Shown here piece after piece: positions 36,965-50,277 of a stretch of DNA of 64,000 nucleotides; the stretch's first letter is position 1; each line of letters starts with the position of its first letter. A program made the position numbers and the translations under genes. Under the pieces are notes generated by a model. The model saw only the letters and a list, made by a program, of their open reading frames with translations, ran no database searches and was not told the DNA's origin. Source of the stretch: Octopus vulgaris (lineage: Eukaryota); assembly GCA_951406725.2 (NCBI GenBank), contig OX597819.1:124062001-124126000 (forward strand). Direction: 5' to 3'.

Positions 36965-37082
36965 CAAACTCTGCCAGATCAGATTGGAGCCTGGTGCAGC
37001 CTTCTGGCTCACCAATCTTCAGTCAAACCGTCCAACCCATGCCAGCATGGAAAGCAGATGTTAAATGACGATGATGATGATG
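36965..37082 (+). mobile_element. Family A repeat, short 3' piece
   Basis: Family A 3' block and (GAT)n tail. Confidence 0.85.
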
Positions 37083-37161
37083 AAGAAGAATCCTCGATCA
37101 CTTTTTGTCATCTCCTATTTTAATTTTTCTTTTTCTTCTCCTTTCATCTTGACAAAGATGT

Positions 37162-37515
37162 TTGTTTGTTTGTTTGTTGAGCGAAGCGGTCTTCGAAACG
37201 TGGTCCTTTGCTATTTGTAAGATCTGCAGAAGAGAAAGCAGATCAACCCCCGACACCGAGAGCATCGACGGATGGATGAATGTGCATCCGGGCTCAGCAG
37301 TTGCGTAGGAAGTTGGGGACAAGAAACAGGAAGAAAGAATGAGAGAAAGTTGGGGCGAATGAATACAACAGGGGTCACCACCACCCCCTGCCGGAACCTC
37401 GAGGAGCTTTAGGTGTTTTCACTCAATAAACACACACAACGCCCGGTCTGGGAATCGAAACCGCGATCCTCTGAGCGCGAGTCCGCTGCCCTAACCACTG
37501 GGCCATTGCGCTTCC
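37162..37515 (-). mobile_element. SINE family D head with body type 2 and (AAAC)n tail
   Basis: Same tRNA head as 7040 with a different 3' half. 15-bp TSD TCTTGACAAAGATGT at 37147 and 37516. Confidence 0.9.
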
Positions 37516-38432
37516 TCTTGACAAAGATGTCCAAAACATTGCCATCTCCTTTCCTTCACTTCATAGCATATTATACTAACTTGGCACTCCTGTTCTTTGA
37601 CTTTAATCTATTTATGTTTACCTTGCTTTTGCTCATGTATCACTGAGGTTAATATTTCATGTTGAAATGCTACTCCACAGTATAATCAGTAAACCTGTTT
37701 CAGTATTGGCAGAATGAGTTATAACAGACTGGAAAGGAAGCGACAGAATTAGATCAGAAGATTCTTAATGTCTATCCAACACAAAGCAAACTAAATATAA
37801 TTAGAAATTCAAATATTTCCTTGAAAGCATGTTCTTTTCGTTAAGATCTCAAGTATGTTACATATCAAAAGTTTATTTCATTAACTAGGGCTGCTAGAAT
37901 AACGAATTTAATTGAAAAATTTACATCTTAAAAATAGTTACATCTATATCAATGTTACCTGTGTTTTTGTAAATGTTTTGTCTTTCTAATAGAGAAGCCT
38001 TAATTACCAAAATAAACGATGGCTAATTATTTCTGAGATATCAAAGAAAATGTTTACAAGATTAGTTGTATTAATAAACAAGCCATTTAATTAGTGATGG
38101 TCAACTATGAATAATTAGAAGAACCTAAAATCTTATTGAGAAGATATTTTCCGAAAAACTACTAAAATGAAAAGAATCTTTTGCCACATTAAAAAGAAAG
38201 CCAGTCTAACAAGGAGGAGGGGGGAGCTCTAAGTGGTCATACAACTTGCTAGAAATTGCAGCAAAATCTGTCTCAAACCATATCTTACAATCTTGAAAAA
38301 GGACAACGTCATAGCTCTAAGTAAATTCCAAGAAATGCTATCCAGTGACAATTAAAAGAAAAGTTAAGGATTATTAGTGAAATTCTTTTATCAGAAAATA
38401 GGGGTTGATTAAATAAAAATATGCAATCTGTT

Positions 38433-38990
38433 TTTGTGGAAAATCTTGGTGATGTGAATGATGAACATGGTGAAAGATTTCATCAGGATATTTCAGTGAT
38501 GGAGCAACGATTCAAAGGAAAATGGAACCCTGGCATGTTGGCAGACTTCTGCTGGGGTATAAAAAACAGAAGATCACACTCTGCACAAGAGGCTTAGAAG
38601 GACAAATGTTGTTTAAACTGACAGGTGTGTTTTTAATTCATAACCAATATATGGCAGTGCCCCAGCATGGCCACAGCTCGTGAGCTGAAACTAAATAAAA
38701 TAAAATAAAATAAATAAAAATATGTTTTGTTATACCAACTAAATTTTTTGTTTTGTTTTCTGTAACTTTCAATATTTGCAATGTTGTGTTCAATACACAA
38801 TATTATGCAGTATATTATAAAACATATGGTTTATGGTACGGGAAAACGGTGCCTAATCTGGAGAAATAAAGGTCAGAATCAAAATCAGGACAATTTTTTG
38901 ACCCAGGAACAAGTCTTACTTAACTTGTACATTTGTTGCACAGTGTACATTTGTTGTACATTTTTTGAACCAGAAATTTGTTGCACAGTG
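38433..38990 (+). mobile_element. DNA transposon 3' fragment, probably Sola-type
   Basis: Peptide FFVENLGDVNDEHGERFHQDISVMEQRFKGKWNPGMLADFCW and terminus ATTTGTTGCACAGTG. Superfamily assignment is from memory of the GERFHQDI motif. Confidence 0.7.
38650..38722 (+). mobile_element. CR1-like LINE 3' tail only, nested in the transposon
   Basis: GGCAGTGCCCCAGCATGGCCACAGCTCGTGAGCTGAAACT(AAAAT)n matches 3690-3730. Confidence 0.8.
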
Positions 38991-39203
38991 TTATTAGTGA
39001 AATTCTTTTATCAGAAAATAGGGGTTTATTAAATGAAAATATGCAATCTGTTAATACAAGGATATGTTTTTAATAGTAACTAGTTTTGTTGCTGTTTAGC
39101 CCGAGGTCATGCCCAATTAAACAGTTTTGTGAACAAAGCATTCCTACTAGGTGGATTGGAGTTCAGTCACAGTGTGGAAGCTTGGGCAAGTGTCATCTAC
39201 TGC

Positions 39204-39429
39204 GCAAACTGGCAGAAGCATTAGCATGCCGGGCTAAATACTTAGCGGTATTTCATCTGCCACTACGTTCTGAGTTCAAATTCCGCCGAGGTCGACTTTG
39301 CCTTTCATCCTTTCAGGGTCGATTAAATAAGTACCAGTTACGCACTGGGGTCGATGTAATCGACTTAATCCGTTTGTCTGTCCTTGTTTGTCCTCTCTGT
39401 GTTTAGCCCTTTGTGGGTAGTAAAGAAAT
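39204..39429 (+). mobile_element. SINE family C nested in an old family B copy
   Basis: 16-bp TSD AAGTGTCATCTACTGC at 39188 and 39430. Confidence 0.9.
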
Positions 39430-39934
39430 AAGTGTCATCTACTGCAGACCCAGGCAGGTCTTATGAGTGGATTAGGTAGGGAGATGCTAAAAGAAGTGCA
39501 TTGTATGTGACTCCCATTCCTTATATGAGAGTGTGCATGTGCGGGTGACCGTGTGGGTAGAAGTTTGTTTCCTAACCACTTGGTTCCAGGTCTAGTCTCA
39601 CTGCATGCCTTTTACTTAAGCCTTGAGTTGACCAAACTCTTCTAAGTGGATTTAGTAGGGGGGAAACTGAAAAGGCCCATTGTATGTGTCTATATCAAAC
39701 ATATCAGAGTACAGTAGCTGCCACACTGAAATGCAGATTAAAAAGATATGGTGTTGACAAGAGCTGCACAGCAACAATCTTCCGACTGTTCCTCTGGAGT
39801 CCACAATTTCAGGGCTGCCATGATCAATGAAAGTCTGATGAGAATATTGATAGAGTGACGGCATGTAGATGTGTCTGGTGGAGGGGAGCCTCTGTTAGAT
39901 TTCTCATGGGTAAGAAACAGATTAAAATTCTTCT

Positions 39935-40007
39935 AAGTTACGGGGATGTAAACACACCAGCATTGGTTGTCAAGCAATGTTGGGGGGACAAATAAAGACA
40001 CACAAAC

Positions 40008-40052
<45 letters not shown>

Positions 40053-40230
40053 TACACATATATACAACAGGCTTCTTTCAGTTTCCGTCTACAAAATCCA
40101 CTCACAAGGCTTTAGTTGGCCCGAGACTATAGCAGAATACACTTGCCCAAGGTGCCGCGCAGTGGGAATGAACCCAGAACCATGTGGTTGGTAAGCAAGC
40201 TACTTACCACACAGCTACTCCTATGCCTAT
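39935..40230 (-). mobile_element. SINE family B (3'-incomplete)
   Basis: Reverse complement of the 12320 element head and body. Confidence 0.88.
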
Positions 40231-40239
40231 AAATATATA

Positions 40240-40675
40240 TTAATTCAATTTGGGGGGATTAATTGATATACGGGTATTCTATTTCAGATAATACAAAATT
40301 AACCTAATGAGTGCATCTGAGAGTAAACTCATGGCATCAGTTTGGATATCATGAAATAATACCTAAAGGATATGACCAAAATTACCAGCAGGGTACATAA
40401 TATACTTCATTAATTATATCCTACTTTAGTTAATACATATATTTATTAAATGCTTTATTATAATATGGGACATGTTTATTAAAAGTGCCATAATCTGAGG
40501 ATAGCATAGATATTCATTTACCTATATTATTTATTAAGGTTTCTTTAACTGATTTAGAATGGTTACTTGAAGAATATACTTTAGGCTTTCATTCAACTTA
40601 TGGAATGGTTGGATCTTATTAGTGACTAGATTAAGGTTGACGTCTAGATAACTTACTGCATAATGCCCACTCTCT
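40240..40675 (-). mobile_element. Penelope-like RT fragment (third PLE family)
   Basis: AVSYLDVNLNLVTNKIQPFHKLNESLKYI, matching the PLE thumb-region pattern. Confidence 0.65.
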
Positions 40676-40921
40676 ATATATATTGGATGTGTGTCTTCTA
40701 CTATAGCTTCGGGTCGACCAAAGCTTTGTGAGTGAATCTGGTAGACAGAAGCTGAAAGAAGTCCATCATATATATATGTCATCATCATCATTTATATATA
40801 TGTATATATGTGTGTGTGTGTGTGTATATATATATATACACATATATATAATATGAGGGAATATTATTCCAAACTTACAGGGAAAAATTCAATTTAGAAA
40901 TATAAAATCAAATTTCACAAA

Positions 40922-41308
40922 ATCATCATCATCATCATTTAGCGTCCGTTTTCCATGCTAGCATGGGTTGGACAGTTTAACTGGGGTCTGTGAAGCCGGA
41001 AGGCTTCATCAGGCCCAGTCAGATTTGGCAGTGTTTCTACGGCTGGATGCCCTTCCTAACGCCAACCACTCCGTGAGTGTAGTGGGTGCTTTTTACGTGC
41101 CACCTGCACAGGTGCCAGACAGAGCTGGCAAACAGCCACGAACGGATGGTGTTTTTTCGTGTCAGCGGCACGGGGGCCAGGCGAGGCTGGCAACGGACAC
41201 GAGTGGATGGTGCTTTTACGTGCCAGCGGCACGGGGGCCAGGCGAGGCTGGCAACGGACACGAACGGATGGTGCATTTACATGCTACCGGCACGGGGTCA
41301 GGCGAGGC
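40922..41308 (-). mobile_element. Family A repeat with ~60-bp tandem units
   Basis: GGCACGGGGGCCAGGCGAGGCTGGCAACGG repeated. Confidence 0.9.
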
Positions 41309-41489
41309 TATATATATAAATTATAAAAAGAAACCCACCTTTTATCAATTCAATAATGAAAAATTAAATGATACCATTTAGAAAAATTGCATATTATAGA
41401 AAGATTAAATGTAAGATAAAACATATAACAATGATTAAGTAATGTGCAAAATAATAAATAAAACGTATATATTTAGTATATATATATCC

Positions 41490-41655
41490 ACGACAGGTTT
41501 CTTTCAGTTTCTATCTACCAGATCCACTCACAAGGCTTTGGTCGACCTGAAGTTATAGTAGAAGACACTTACCCAAGGTGCCACATAGTGGTACTGAACC
41601 CAGAACTATGTGGTTGGGAAGCAAGCTTCTGACCACACAGACACACCCGCGCCTG
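41490..41655 (-). mobile_element. SINE family B 5' half
   Basis: CTTTCAGTTTC..CCACTCACAAGGCTTTGGTCG..CCAAGGTGCCAC..GAACCC. Confidence 0.8.
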
Positions 41656-42179
41656 TATATATTTTCTATTTGTTCAATGTCCGTTTTCCTGTGTTAATGT
41701 GTAAGATGGATGAGGACTTATTTGAGGTATGTGTTTTACAGCTGAAATCCTTCCTCTTGCTAACCCTTAGCAAGTAAAGGACTTTTCTAATTCAAGGTTT
41801 AATAGTATAAAATGATTAGCTGTTATGTCAACTAGGAATTATAAACATCACAACTGTTTTGCTCAAATAGTGACAAGCATGGAATATCCGTCAATTGTAA
41901 ATAATGTAAATAATGTGCATAATTCCTCATCTCTTAAATACAGAACGGTAAGTAACAAGGATCAGAGCATACATGTAATGGTAAAGTAAGGAAGAAAGGG
42001 GTATGGAGGTCATAATGTGGTCGGGTGTAGGGAGTGATTGCAGTGATTGGTGAAAACCTGGGTATAAAAATGAGGTGGTGGAAAGCAGTGATACATTGAG
42101 CAGGACAGTGAGGGTAAAGAAGGGGATTGGAAGACAAACGTAGTATATGAAGAGGAAATTGGGAGGAAGAGAAAGATGC

Positions 42180-42825
42180 AGTTTAGAAGAGGAAGGCTGG
42201 AAAGAAATGAAGCTAGTATGCTTCACTGGATGTGCAGTGTCAGTGTGCATGTACAACAGAGTGTAAATGTTTTGAGAAAAAAACCGGGCATAAGAGGCAT
42301 CAGATGTGGTGTGCAAGAGAGACGAATGAGCTGGTATGGTCATGTGATGCATATGGATGAGAATAGCTGTGTAAAGAAGTGCTGGTCTCTAACTGTGGAG
42401 GGAACCTATAAAAGAGGTAGACCCAGGAAGACATGGGATGGGGTGCTGAGGTATGATCTGTGAATGTTGGGCCTAACCGAGGTGATGATAAGTGACTGAG
42501 ACCATTGGCAGTATGCTGTGCTTGAGAAGATTCATCAAGCCAAGTGAAATAGTAGCTATGGCTACTGCCAGTGTCATGTTGGTGGCACCCGTGAAATTGC
42601 AGTTGTGGCCATTGCCAGTGTTGTATAAATGGTATCTGTGCCAGTGGCACATAAAAGGCACCCATTACACTCTTGGAGTGGTTAGTGTTAGGAAGGGTGT
42701 CCAGCCTTGGAAACCATGCCAAGTCAGACTGGAACCTGGTGCAGGTCCCCAGCCTACCAGTTCCAGTCAAACTGTCTAACCCATGCCAGCATGGAAAGCA
42801 GATGTTAAATGATAATGATGATAAT
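42180..42825 (+). mobile_element. RTE LINE 3' end: ORF C-terminus contiguous with a family A-type 3' UTR
   Basis: RLERNEASML.WMC..RRMSWYGHVMHM..VEGT..RGRPRKTW, then tandem units, family A block and (GAT)n tail. Confidence 0.9.
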
Positions 42826-44074
42826 GTTGCCTGTATAATAAATGATAGAAAAATATACAATAACAATCTCTACAATACTTAATACGCATGTCATTTGTTA
42901 ATATTTAATTCTATTTAAGCTTTCAAGAATAATGTATAATTGCATATTTCTTATTATGCAAAATTTTTATTATAATCATTTTACATTATATACAAATTAA
43001 TGTACACAAAGCAATATAGGGAATATACAGCTATTTTGCTAAGTTATTTCACGCCTAGTCTCAAAGATATTATGATTTAAAAAGTTTCCCTATGCAAAAC
43101 ACTATCTTTCTTTGTCTCTCTCTCTCTCTCTTTCTACTTCTACAAGCTTTTTAACCATGTAATTCCCCTCTTCATGTTATTAACATTTCTCTCTTTCTCT
43201 TTACCTGTCACTTCCACTAACCAAATGATTAGTGGAATTGGCTATCTGCTACCTCACCCCCCCTTCTCTCTCACAACTCCTTTTCCCTCCCACTCTCACA
43301 TCCTGCTCTCTCTCTCTCTCTCTCTCTCTCTAACAAATTAAAGCGTTACATGTGAATGAAGAAACCAGCAGAATTACAATATAGATATGCATGCACGCAC
43401 ACACGTGTGTGCGTGTGTGTGTGTGTTTGTGTATGCGTATATGGTCACATAATACTGCTTCAGAATCTCTTTCCAACACATGCCAGCATGGGAAAGTGAA
43501 TGTAAACTAAGACAATACATATATACCTATATACAAACTGACAGAGAGAGATATTAAACAAGGAGACAGACAATCAAAGACAGGAAAACAAGATGGGAAA
43601 TAGAATTTAGTCTTCAAATACAATTCCAAAGTGGATGTATGCTGAGTTAATATCAAGATGTTGATAATACCAAATCATGCCTAGGCATGTGTGAAGCCTT
43701 TTTTGAAGAATCATTATGCATCTACCTTCAAATTTATAAGAATATATCACTCTGTCGACTACAGCAGAAGAAGTACACAAGGTTTGACTATATCAGCCTA
43801 CAGTAACAAATATATTAAAAGAACAGTGTTCTGCAACCTGTCATGAGGAAAAGTTCCAGCTGTTAAGGAAAACAAAAAAAGGCCCAGAAACATTTTGAAC
43901 AGGAAAAGCAAATTAATATCTACGTCTTGATACGAAAATAAATTCTACCTCTATAATCATAACAAATTGCTCACGCTAAATTAATCTGCTAGGTATAGAG
44001 TGTCTTCACCAAAAGTATACCAGCTGACAAAGTCAATAAGAAACCTGCAACAAGTTACTCCATTCTGACAATAT

Positions 44075-44305
44075 CATCTAATAATCGAAGGAGAGGGGCT
44101 TTCTCCGTCTGGGTTGCGGATCCGTGGAATAAGCTGCCGGACGAGATAGTGAAGATGCCGACAACTGCTCGGTTCAAAGTCTCTCTTGACCAGAAATGGC
44201 CTGAACTCTTTGTATGACCATCCTCCCTGTACATAACTCCATGCCCCCCTACATGGCCTTGCTTTTGCCTTTTGAGCCAATAAAAATTGAATTGAAAAAA
44301 AAAAA
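44075..44305 (+). mobile_element. CR1-like LINE 3' end (second family)
   Basis: RRRGAFSVWVADPWNKLPDEIVKMPTTARFKVSLD, short UTR, AATAAA and A-rich tail. Confidence 0.8.
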
Positions 44306-44775
44306 TAATAATTCTCAAGTTCTCACCACTGACTTAACTGCATCTGAAGGTTACACCTGGCCATGAAACAGCATAAAGTGTAAAGTGACCTGAGCAAATG
44401 TATACAATAAAATTACTCTACCCTAGATATTCAATTTTTTTTCAGTTTGTTAAGTTATTCAATATTGAGTGAAGAGAAATATTCATTTCTGGAATTGAAA
44501 ACATCAATATTCCAGCGATTGCTAGTTTCTTCTTTTGATCCCTCAGACTGGGTTATTCTTTGATCTTTAGCTAAATTTATTAAAAAATACAGTTTTCACT
44601 GGAGCATATATAAAGTTATAATTGTTAACAGGTGTTAGTAAATGGCTGGGTTTGAGAAGTTAAGGGGTACTGAGTGTGACAGGTAATGGTACTATGTGGG
44701 TGGGAGAGAAAGGGGGTAACTGTTTAGGTTATGTGGTATGATAATTTAAGCAATCACCCACTCACATACACACAT

Positions 44776-45175
44776 ACCTATTTCTTTACCACCCACAAAG
44801 GGCTAAACACAGCGGGGACAAACAAGGACAGACAAACGGATTAAGTCGATTACATCGACCCCAGTGCGTAACTGGTACTTATTTAATCGACCCCAAAAGG
44901 ATGAAAGGCAAAGTCGACCTCGGCGGAATTTCAACTCAGAACGTAACGGCAGACGAAATACCTATTTCTTTACTACCCACAAGGGGCTAAACACAGAGAG
45001 GACAAACAAGGACAGACAGATGGATTAAGTCGATTACATCGATCCCGGTGCGTAACTGGTACTTAATTTATCAATCCCGAAAGGATGAAAGGCAAAGTCG
45101 ACCTCGGCGGAATTTGAACTCAGAACATAGTGGCAGACGAAATACCGCTAAGCATTTCGCCTGGCGTGCTAACGT
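44776..45175 (-). mobile_element. SINE family C dimer
   Basis: Same body-body junction as 36245. Confidence 0.9.
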
Positions 45176-46252
45176 AGGATTAATATTCCCTCAAATAATT
45201 ATTATTATATATTTATATATATATATATATATAAACACACGTATACATACACACATGTGCACATACACACATATACACATGTATATATACATACACACAC
45301 ATACATATTATTAGTCAAAACCATAATAAAAACTCATGATTATTCTTCTTTATAAATAAAAATTACAACTGAAAAACAAAAATCAAAAACTTGTATATTC
45401 TGAGGTAGGAAGACAGAAAACCAAGATTTCCTCAATCTCTGTTACTCAACATATACCTGGAGTGGGAGGGGAGAGTGCACATGTGGGGGGGGTGCATGCA
45501 CCTACACATCCATACTGCACATTACATACTGATTAGACATCCACTGTGTGTGGGGGTTATACGGTTTTTTTTTGTTCTTTTTTTTTTTTTTTTGCAGGCT
45601 GAACTATATAACAAGATGAAATTAAATGGCTCATACCATTGTTTGAAAGACGTCTGCCCTGACTGAAAGATAATTAATCTCAGTGTAAAAGTAACTGTAG
45701 TGTTATCAGGAAGCAAAAGTGGGACAAAATAAGGAAATGGAAAGTTGAATGGTCTTGCTTATTGCTATTTATAGTTTACAATATTACCACATCTTCCCTT
45801 TTATTTATTTATTTATTTGGAGAGAGAGCGTAATACACACACACACACACATACACACACAGTTTAACTGTGTATCAAAATGAAACAATGACTGTACTTG
45901 TTGTAAAAACAGTGAACAGTGTTAATTTATTAACTGAAAAAAAATTAAGTCAAGTTACCTACACAGAAGAAGATTGAAACAGAAAGTGTAATTTTCATGT
46001 AATGTGAATGCATATCCATAGGAGAATGAGATGACTATATTACAACAAAATAGGATTCCTAACATTTTCCAGGCATCAAGTCCTTTGAAAGTTCCTATGT
46101 TGTCAGGTCTCCCTATGTTCTTCCTTTTAAAGTCCTCTCAGCCCACCTCTACAATGTATCTTTTTTTTTTAAAACATCCAATATTTGTTTGAAATTGTTT
46201 TTATCTAATTTTATTTTGCTGAGCTAATCACTGAACTGTCTAGCTTTGACAA

Positions 46253-46627
46253 TTAACCCTTTCGTTACTGTATTTATTTTGAGATGCTCTGTTTTCCTTT
46301 GAATTACTTCAACTATTCCATACTCATACACATATGTGTATGTCATGACTCATGCACTGTTCTTTTCCTTGCGCTTGTACATTACCCTATGTACTATACA
46401 TACACTTTAGATGAGTTGTAGTGCACCTAAGCACTGTACACAATGTTTTATTATTATTATTATTATCATAACAAAGAATTTAGTAAAATAACTTATTTAT
46501 CATTCAGCTAGTGTTAGGAACATAAATTATGACTAAGGTTTAGTGGAAGATTTTAAATCAAAACTTATGGAAACAAGACATTTGTACTCAGAGCCAGTTT
46601 TAGCCAGGTTGGTAACAAAAGGTTTAA
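46253..46627 (-). mobile_element. MITE family M2 interrupted by a ~155-bp insert with (TTA)n tail (46312-46467)
   Basis: TTAACCCTTTCGTTAC start and GGTAACAAAAGGTTTAA end. Colinear with 11982-12209 apart from the insert. Confidence 0.85.
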
Positions 46628-48039
46628 GATAGTTATTGAAATAAGAAACTTAAGCAATCAATCAAGTAAAGACACTGAATGAAATTCGATATTAATCTTA
46701 TGTAATCAGACTCGTTGGAGGATCAGAATACAGCACTTTAAGTTTCCTTCTAGCAAACTTACAAGAAATGGGAGGTTCGTTGTAAACACTCAATGGTCAG
46801 TTATTTTCACTGAATACCCTTCACAACAATGACAACATGGCCAAGCTGATGTCCTTGACAAACCACAACAAGCCCAATCATAAAACTCCTATAATTATAA
46901 ATAGCTTCAATAGGAAGTAACACAGTTTCACTGCATGCGGTAAGAGACTGAAGCATTGTAGAACCAGTGCTTCATAAGTTTACAACACTGAGCTGAAGTT
47001 GTTTTTTAAAGGAAAATTTGTAATAGACAGGCTTTTCTGTCAAAGTGAAAAAAGTATTTTACATTTGCTTAACGAAAAAAGGAAGTGAAAAAGAAAATGC
47101 ACACACACACACAAAGATACGCTTCAGCTCTTCTTGCCTGCTATGCAAATAGGTACAACAGTCTAGTCTCACATTCCAAACTACAATTTTCTAGAAATAC
47201 TTATGTTGTTTTCAACACCCCTTATCTGATTCCTGTCCAAGCAAGCTAAACACACTAAGTACATGTACTGTTGTGACTAATTAAATGAAAATACTTATAG
47301 TTGAAAAAAAAAGGTGGTTTCAATGAATTCATGTAACGACTTAAACTGATGTAGCGAGTAAGTGTGAAAGAGAAAGAAAAAAAACCCATCAAAATGAGAC
47401 CAATTTTAATCCAGTAATGTTTATATTCCTGTAATCTGAAGACTGCGATAAAAATTCTTTTAACATAAAAAGTAAATTCAATAGTTACAAAAAATATTTG
47501 TTTCTGAATGAGAAGTGGGGGGGGGTGCTGAGTGAGTGTGTGTGTGTGTGAAAATGTCTTTGGAATATGAATGGTTTGTTGAATAGTTTGTTGTAAATAT
47601 TTATGATGTGGCTTTTAGCAGTCATCAGTTGTCATTTAAAATATTCATTTCTTTGGACCCAGAAGTACATTTTGACCGAAATATCAAACACTCTTTAGCA
47701 CAATGTTACAAATGTAGCTTTTTAAGCATTCCAAAGCTAAATATTAATAAAATAAAAAAGAAGTACACACATGCACTTCAAGGCAATAAGTACCCAAGAT
47801 AACAACATATTTCATGTTTGTTCTATGCATTATGGTATTTTTGGTGCTAAAGTTGGACATAGCATCCCCAGTAAATTTTGTAAACAGAGTCCATTTAACC
47901 AACCTAGCAGTTTGAAACAAGAATGTAATTTAGCATTTGTAGAATGACAATTTAAAAGTGAAAATTTTAAACTGAGAAATAAGATTTTTAGTTGCCGACA
48001 CAAAGAGACATTTTACATTATTTGTTGCTTTTTTTCTAT

Positions 48040-48400
48040 ATCATCATCATCATCGTCGTCATTGTTTAACGTCCGCTTTCCATGCTAGCATGGGTTGGAT
48101 GATTTGACTGAGGTCTGGCGAACCAGACCCCAATCTGATCTGGCAGAGTTTCTACAGCTGGATGCCCTTCCTAATGCCAACCACTCCGAGAGTGTAGTGG
48201 GTGCTTTTTATGTGCCACCAGCATGAGGGCCAGTCAGGCGGTACTGGCAACGGCCATGCCCAAATGGTGCTTTTTATTAGCCACCTGCACAGGAGCCAGT
48301 CCAGTGGCACTGGCGACGACCTTGCTCGAATGTTTCATGTGCCACCAGCACAAGTGTTAGTAAGGCGATGCGGTAATGATCATGCTCGAATGGTGTGTTT
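48040..48400 (-). mobile_element. Family A repeat
   Basis: (CAT)n start, family A block and tandem units. Confidence 0.9.
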
Positions 48401-50277
48401 AACATGCTATATATAAATTTCATGGCATGCTGTCTATAACCAGATGCCCATCCAACTTGATGTAAAAAGATCCCTGCCATTCCAACCAGGCATGGTTGTA
48501 TGGTCGTTTTTTTAAGGTTCGGTTCCATGGTGTGGTACCATGAGCAAGTTCATCTGCAGCAGCCTCAACGGACGTTAAACAATGATGATGATGATGATGA
48601 TAATCTATGATTTAATGTATCTACTGCACACCCTACAAACTTAGCCTGATATGTTTCTACAGAAACCAACTGCAAGAAACACAAAGTTCATATAAATAAT
48701 GATTAAATCTTTCAGGCACACAGATGCCCTTACGTAACGATTACCACAAATAACTATAAACATTAAAAGGGGGAAAACTAGAAGTAGAGTGTGACTAAGT
48801 CAGAAAATTTAAACAGATTAGATAGCTTACTTTGAACTACAGGATACTATTTCTCTTTCTTCCCCCTATCAGTAGCATGTTACTGCTTATCTTCAGGCCA
48901 TTCCTCTCAGACCTTAAAATTTCAAAAGATTTTCCACATTTACTATCAAATGTTTTCTTCCTCCAGTAAACTCATTATAAAGCTCATGTAATTATTTATT
49001 AGTTATATTCTTCTTATTTTAACTGTATACAGAATAGTTTCTTCTTAAATTCTTAAAAATCAAGTTTGTACTTACCAAACCCAAATATGTGTTATTAAAC
49101 ACTAATTACATTTGTCCTTCCTTAAGAGGACTTTTTACAGGACTTGTCTAATGCTGACAGATATTCTTAAAAAGAAAACCTAGGCTAACATTATTGAAAA
49201 TATACATAACTTTGGCCCTATAGGTTTAATTTGTTTTAATACTTTTATGGAACAAAGTCAATTGACGGGTCTTCACACTTTTTCCCATAATCCTGGACTT
49301 TAAGTGTGAAATGCCAGTGAAATGCTGCATGTCTGTCAACAACATTAGCAGACAGACAGCCGTACTGTGGTATGCCATAGTCCAAGGAGACGAAAGCCTT
49401 CTTTTTCAGAGGAAATGTGATGTTGGAAGAGTGGTGAAGAAGTTTTGGATACTTGTGATTATCATAACCGACTGGGTGCCAGTTTTTTTATGTGTGTATG
49501 TGCATGAATAAAGATATAATTAAAATGATTGGTGTACACACTTGTATATATATATACACAACAAAACCTAATGGTGTGAATTTTAATTTTAAAGTATTTA
49601 TAAAATTATTTGGAAATTATAAAGAGAAACGAATGGTAAATTCAGACTGTCCGTATTTTTAAAACCAGGAATTAAAAAAACATTGTGTCCCAAATTTTTT
49701 TCTCCAGAAGTTCATGGCTTCACAGGAATAAAAGTGGAAAACTGAATCAAGATAACCAATTTTCAGATTTTTTTACTTCCTTTTAAAAAATGCAGATTTT
49801 GTGAATGAAGCAAACAAGATCCTGAATAAGAAATGAATGTTTAATATGACAAATTTTCAGAATTTTTTTACGTCATTTTAAAAGGGGGCTGATTTTGTGA
49901 CTCAAACTAGATCCAAGTACAGTGAATACCATTCTCCACAATTTGCTACTCATATGAAGTACATATGTATTTCAACAATTTCTATCAAATACACTCTTAC
50001 TCTTTTACATAAAAAATCCTCTTCCCAAGTGACAATAATTTATATGTGAGATTGTTGCACAAATTCTAGCTGTTTTGTTAAAAGAAATCGGAAAAGTCTG
50101 AAATGATTTCATCTGCATTTACTTGTACCAAAGAGCACTCTTTCGATAGGCAACACGTTGATCTCATAAGTGTCGCATGGTGGAAATAAACACTATTACC
50201 AAACTTTCAATTTATTTTTTTGCATTTCAATTTGTGCATCAGTACTCCATGTAAAATGATGTCCTTTATTTTTTTAA

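Noticed and set aside
49247-49511. Short open frames on both strands as a coding exon (C1 first half)
   Set aside because: No HxF..CxxC..IWG pattern, and the frames stop before the donor at 49075.
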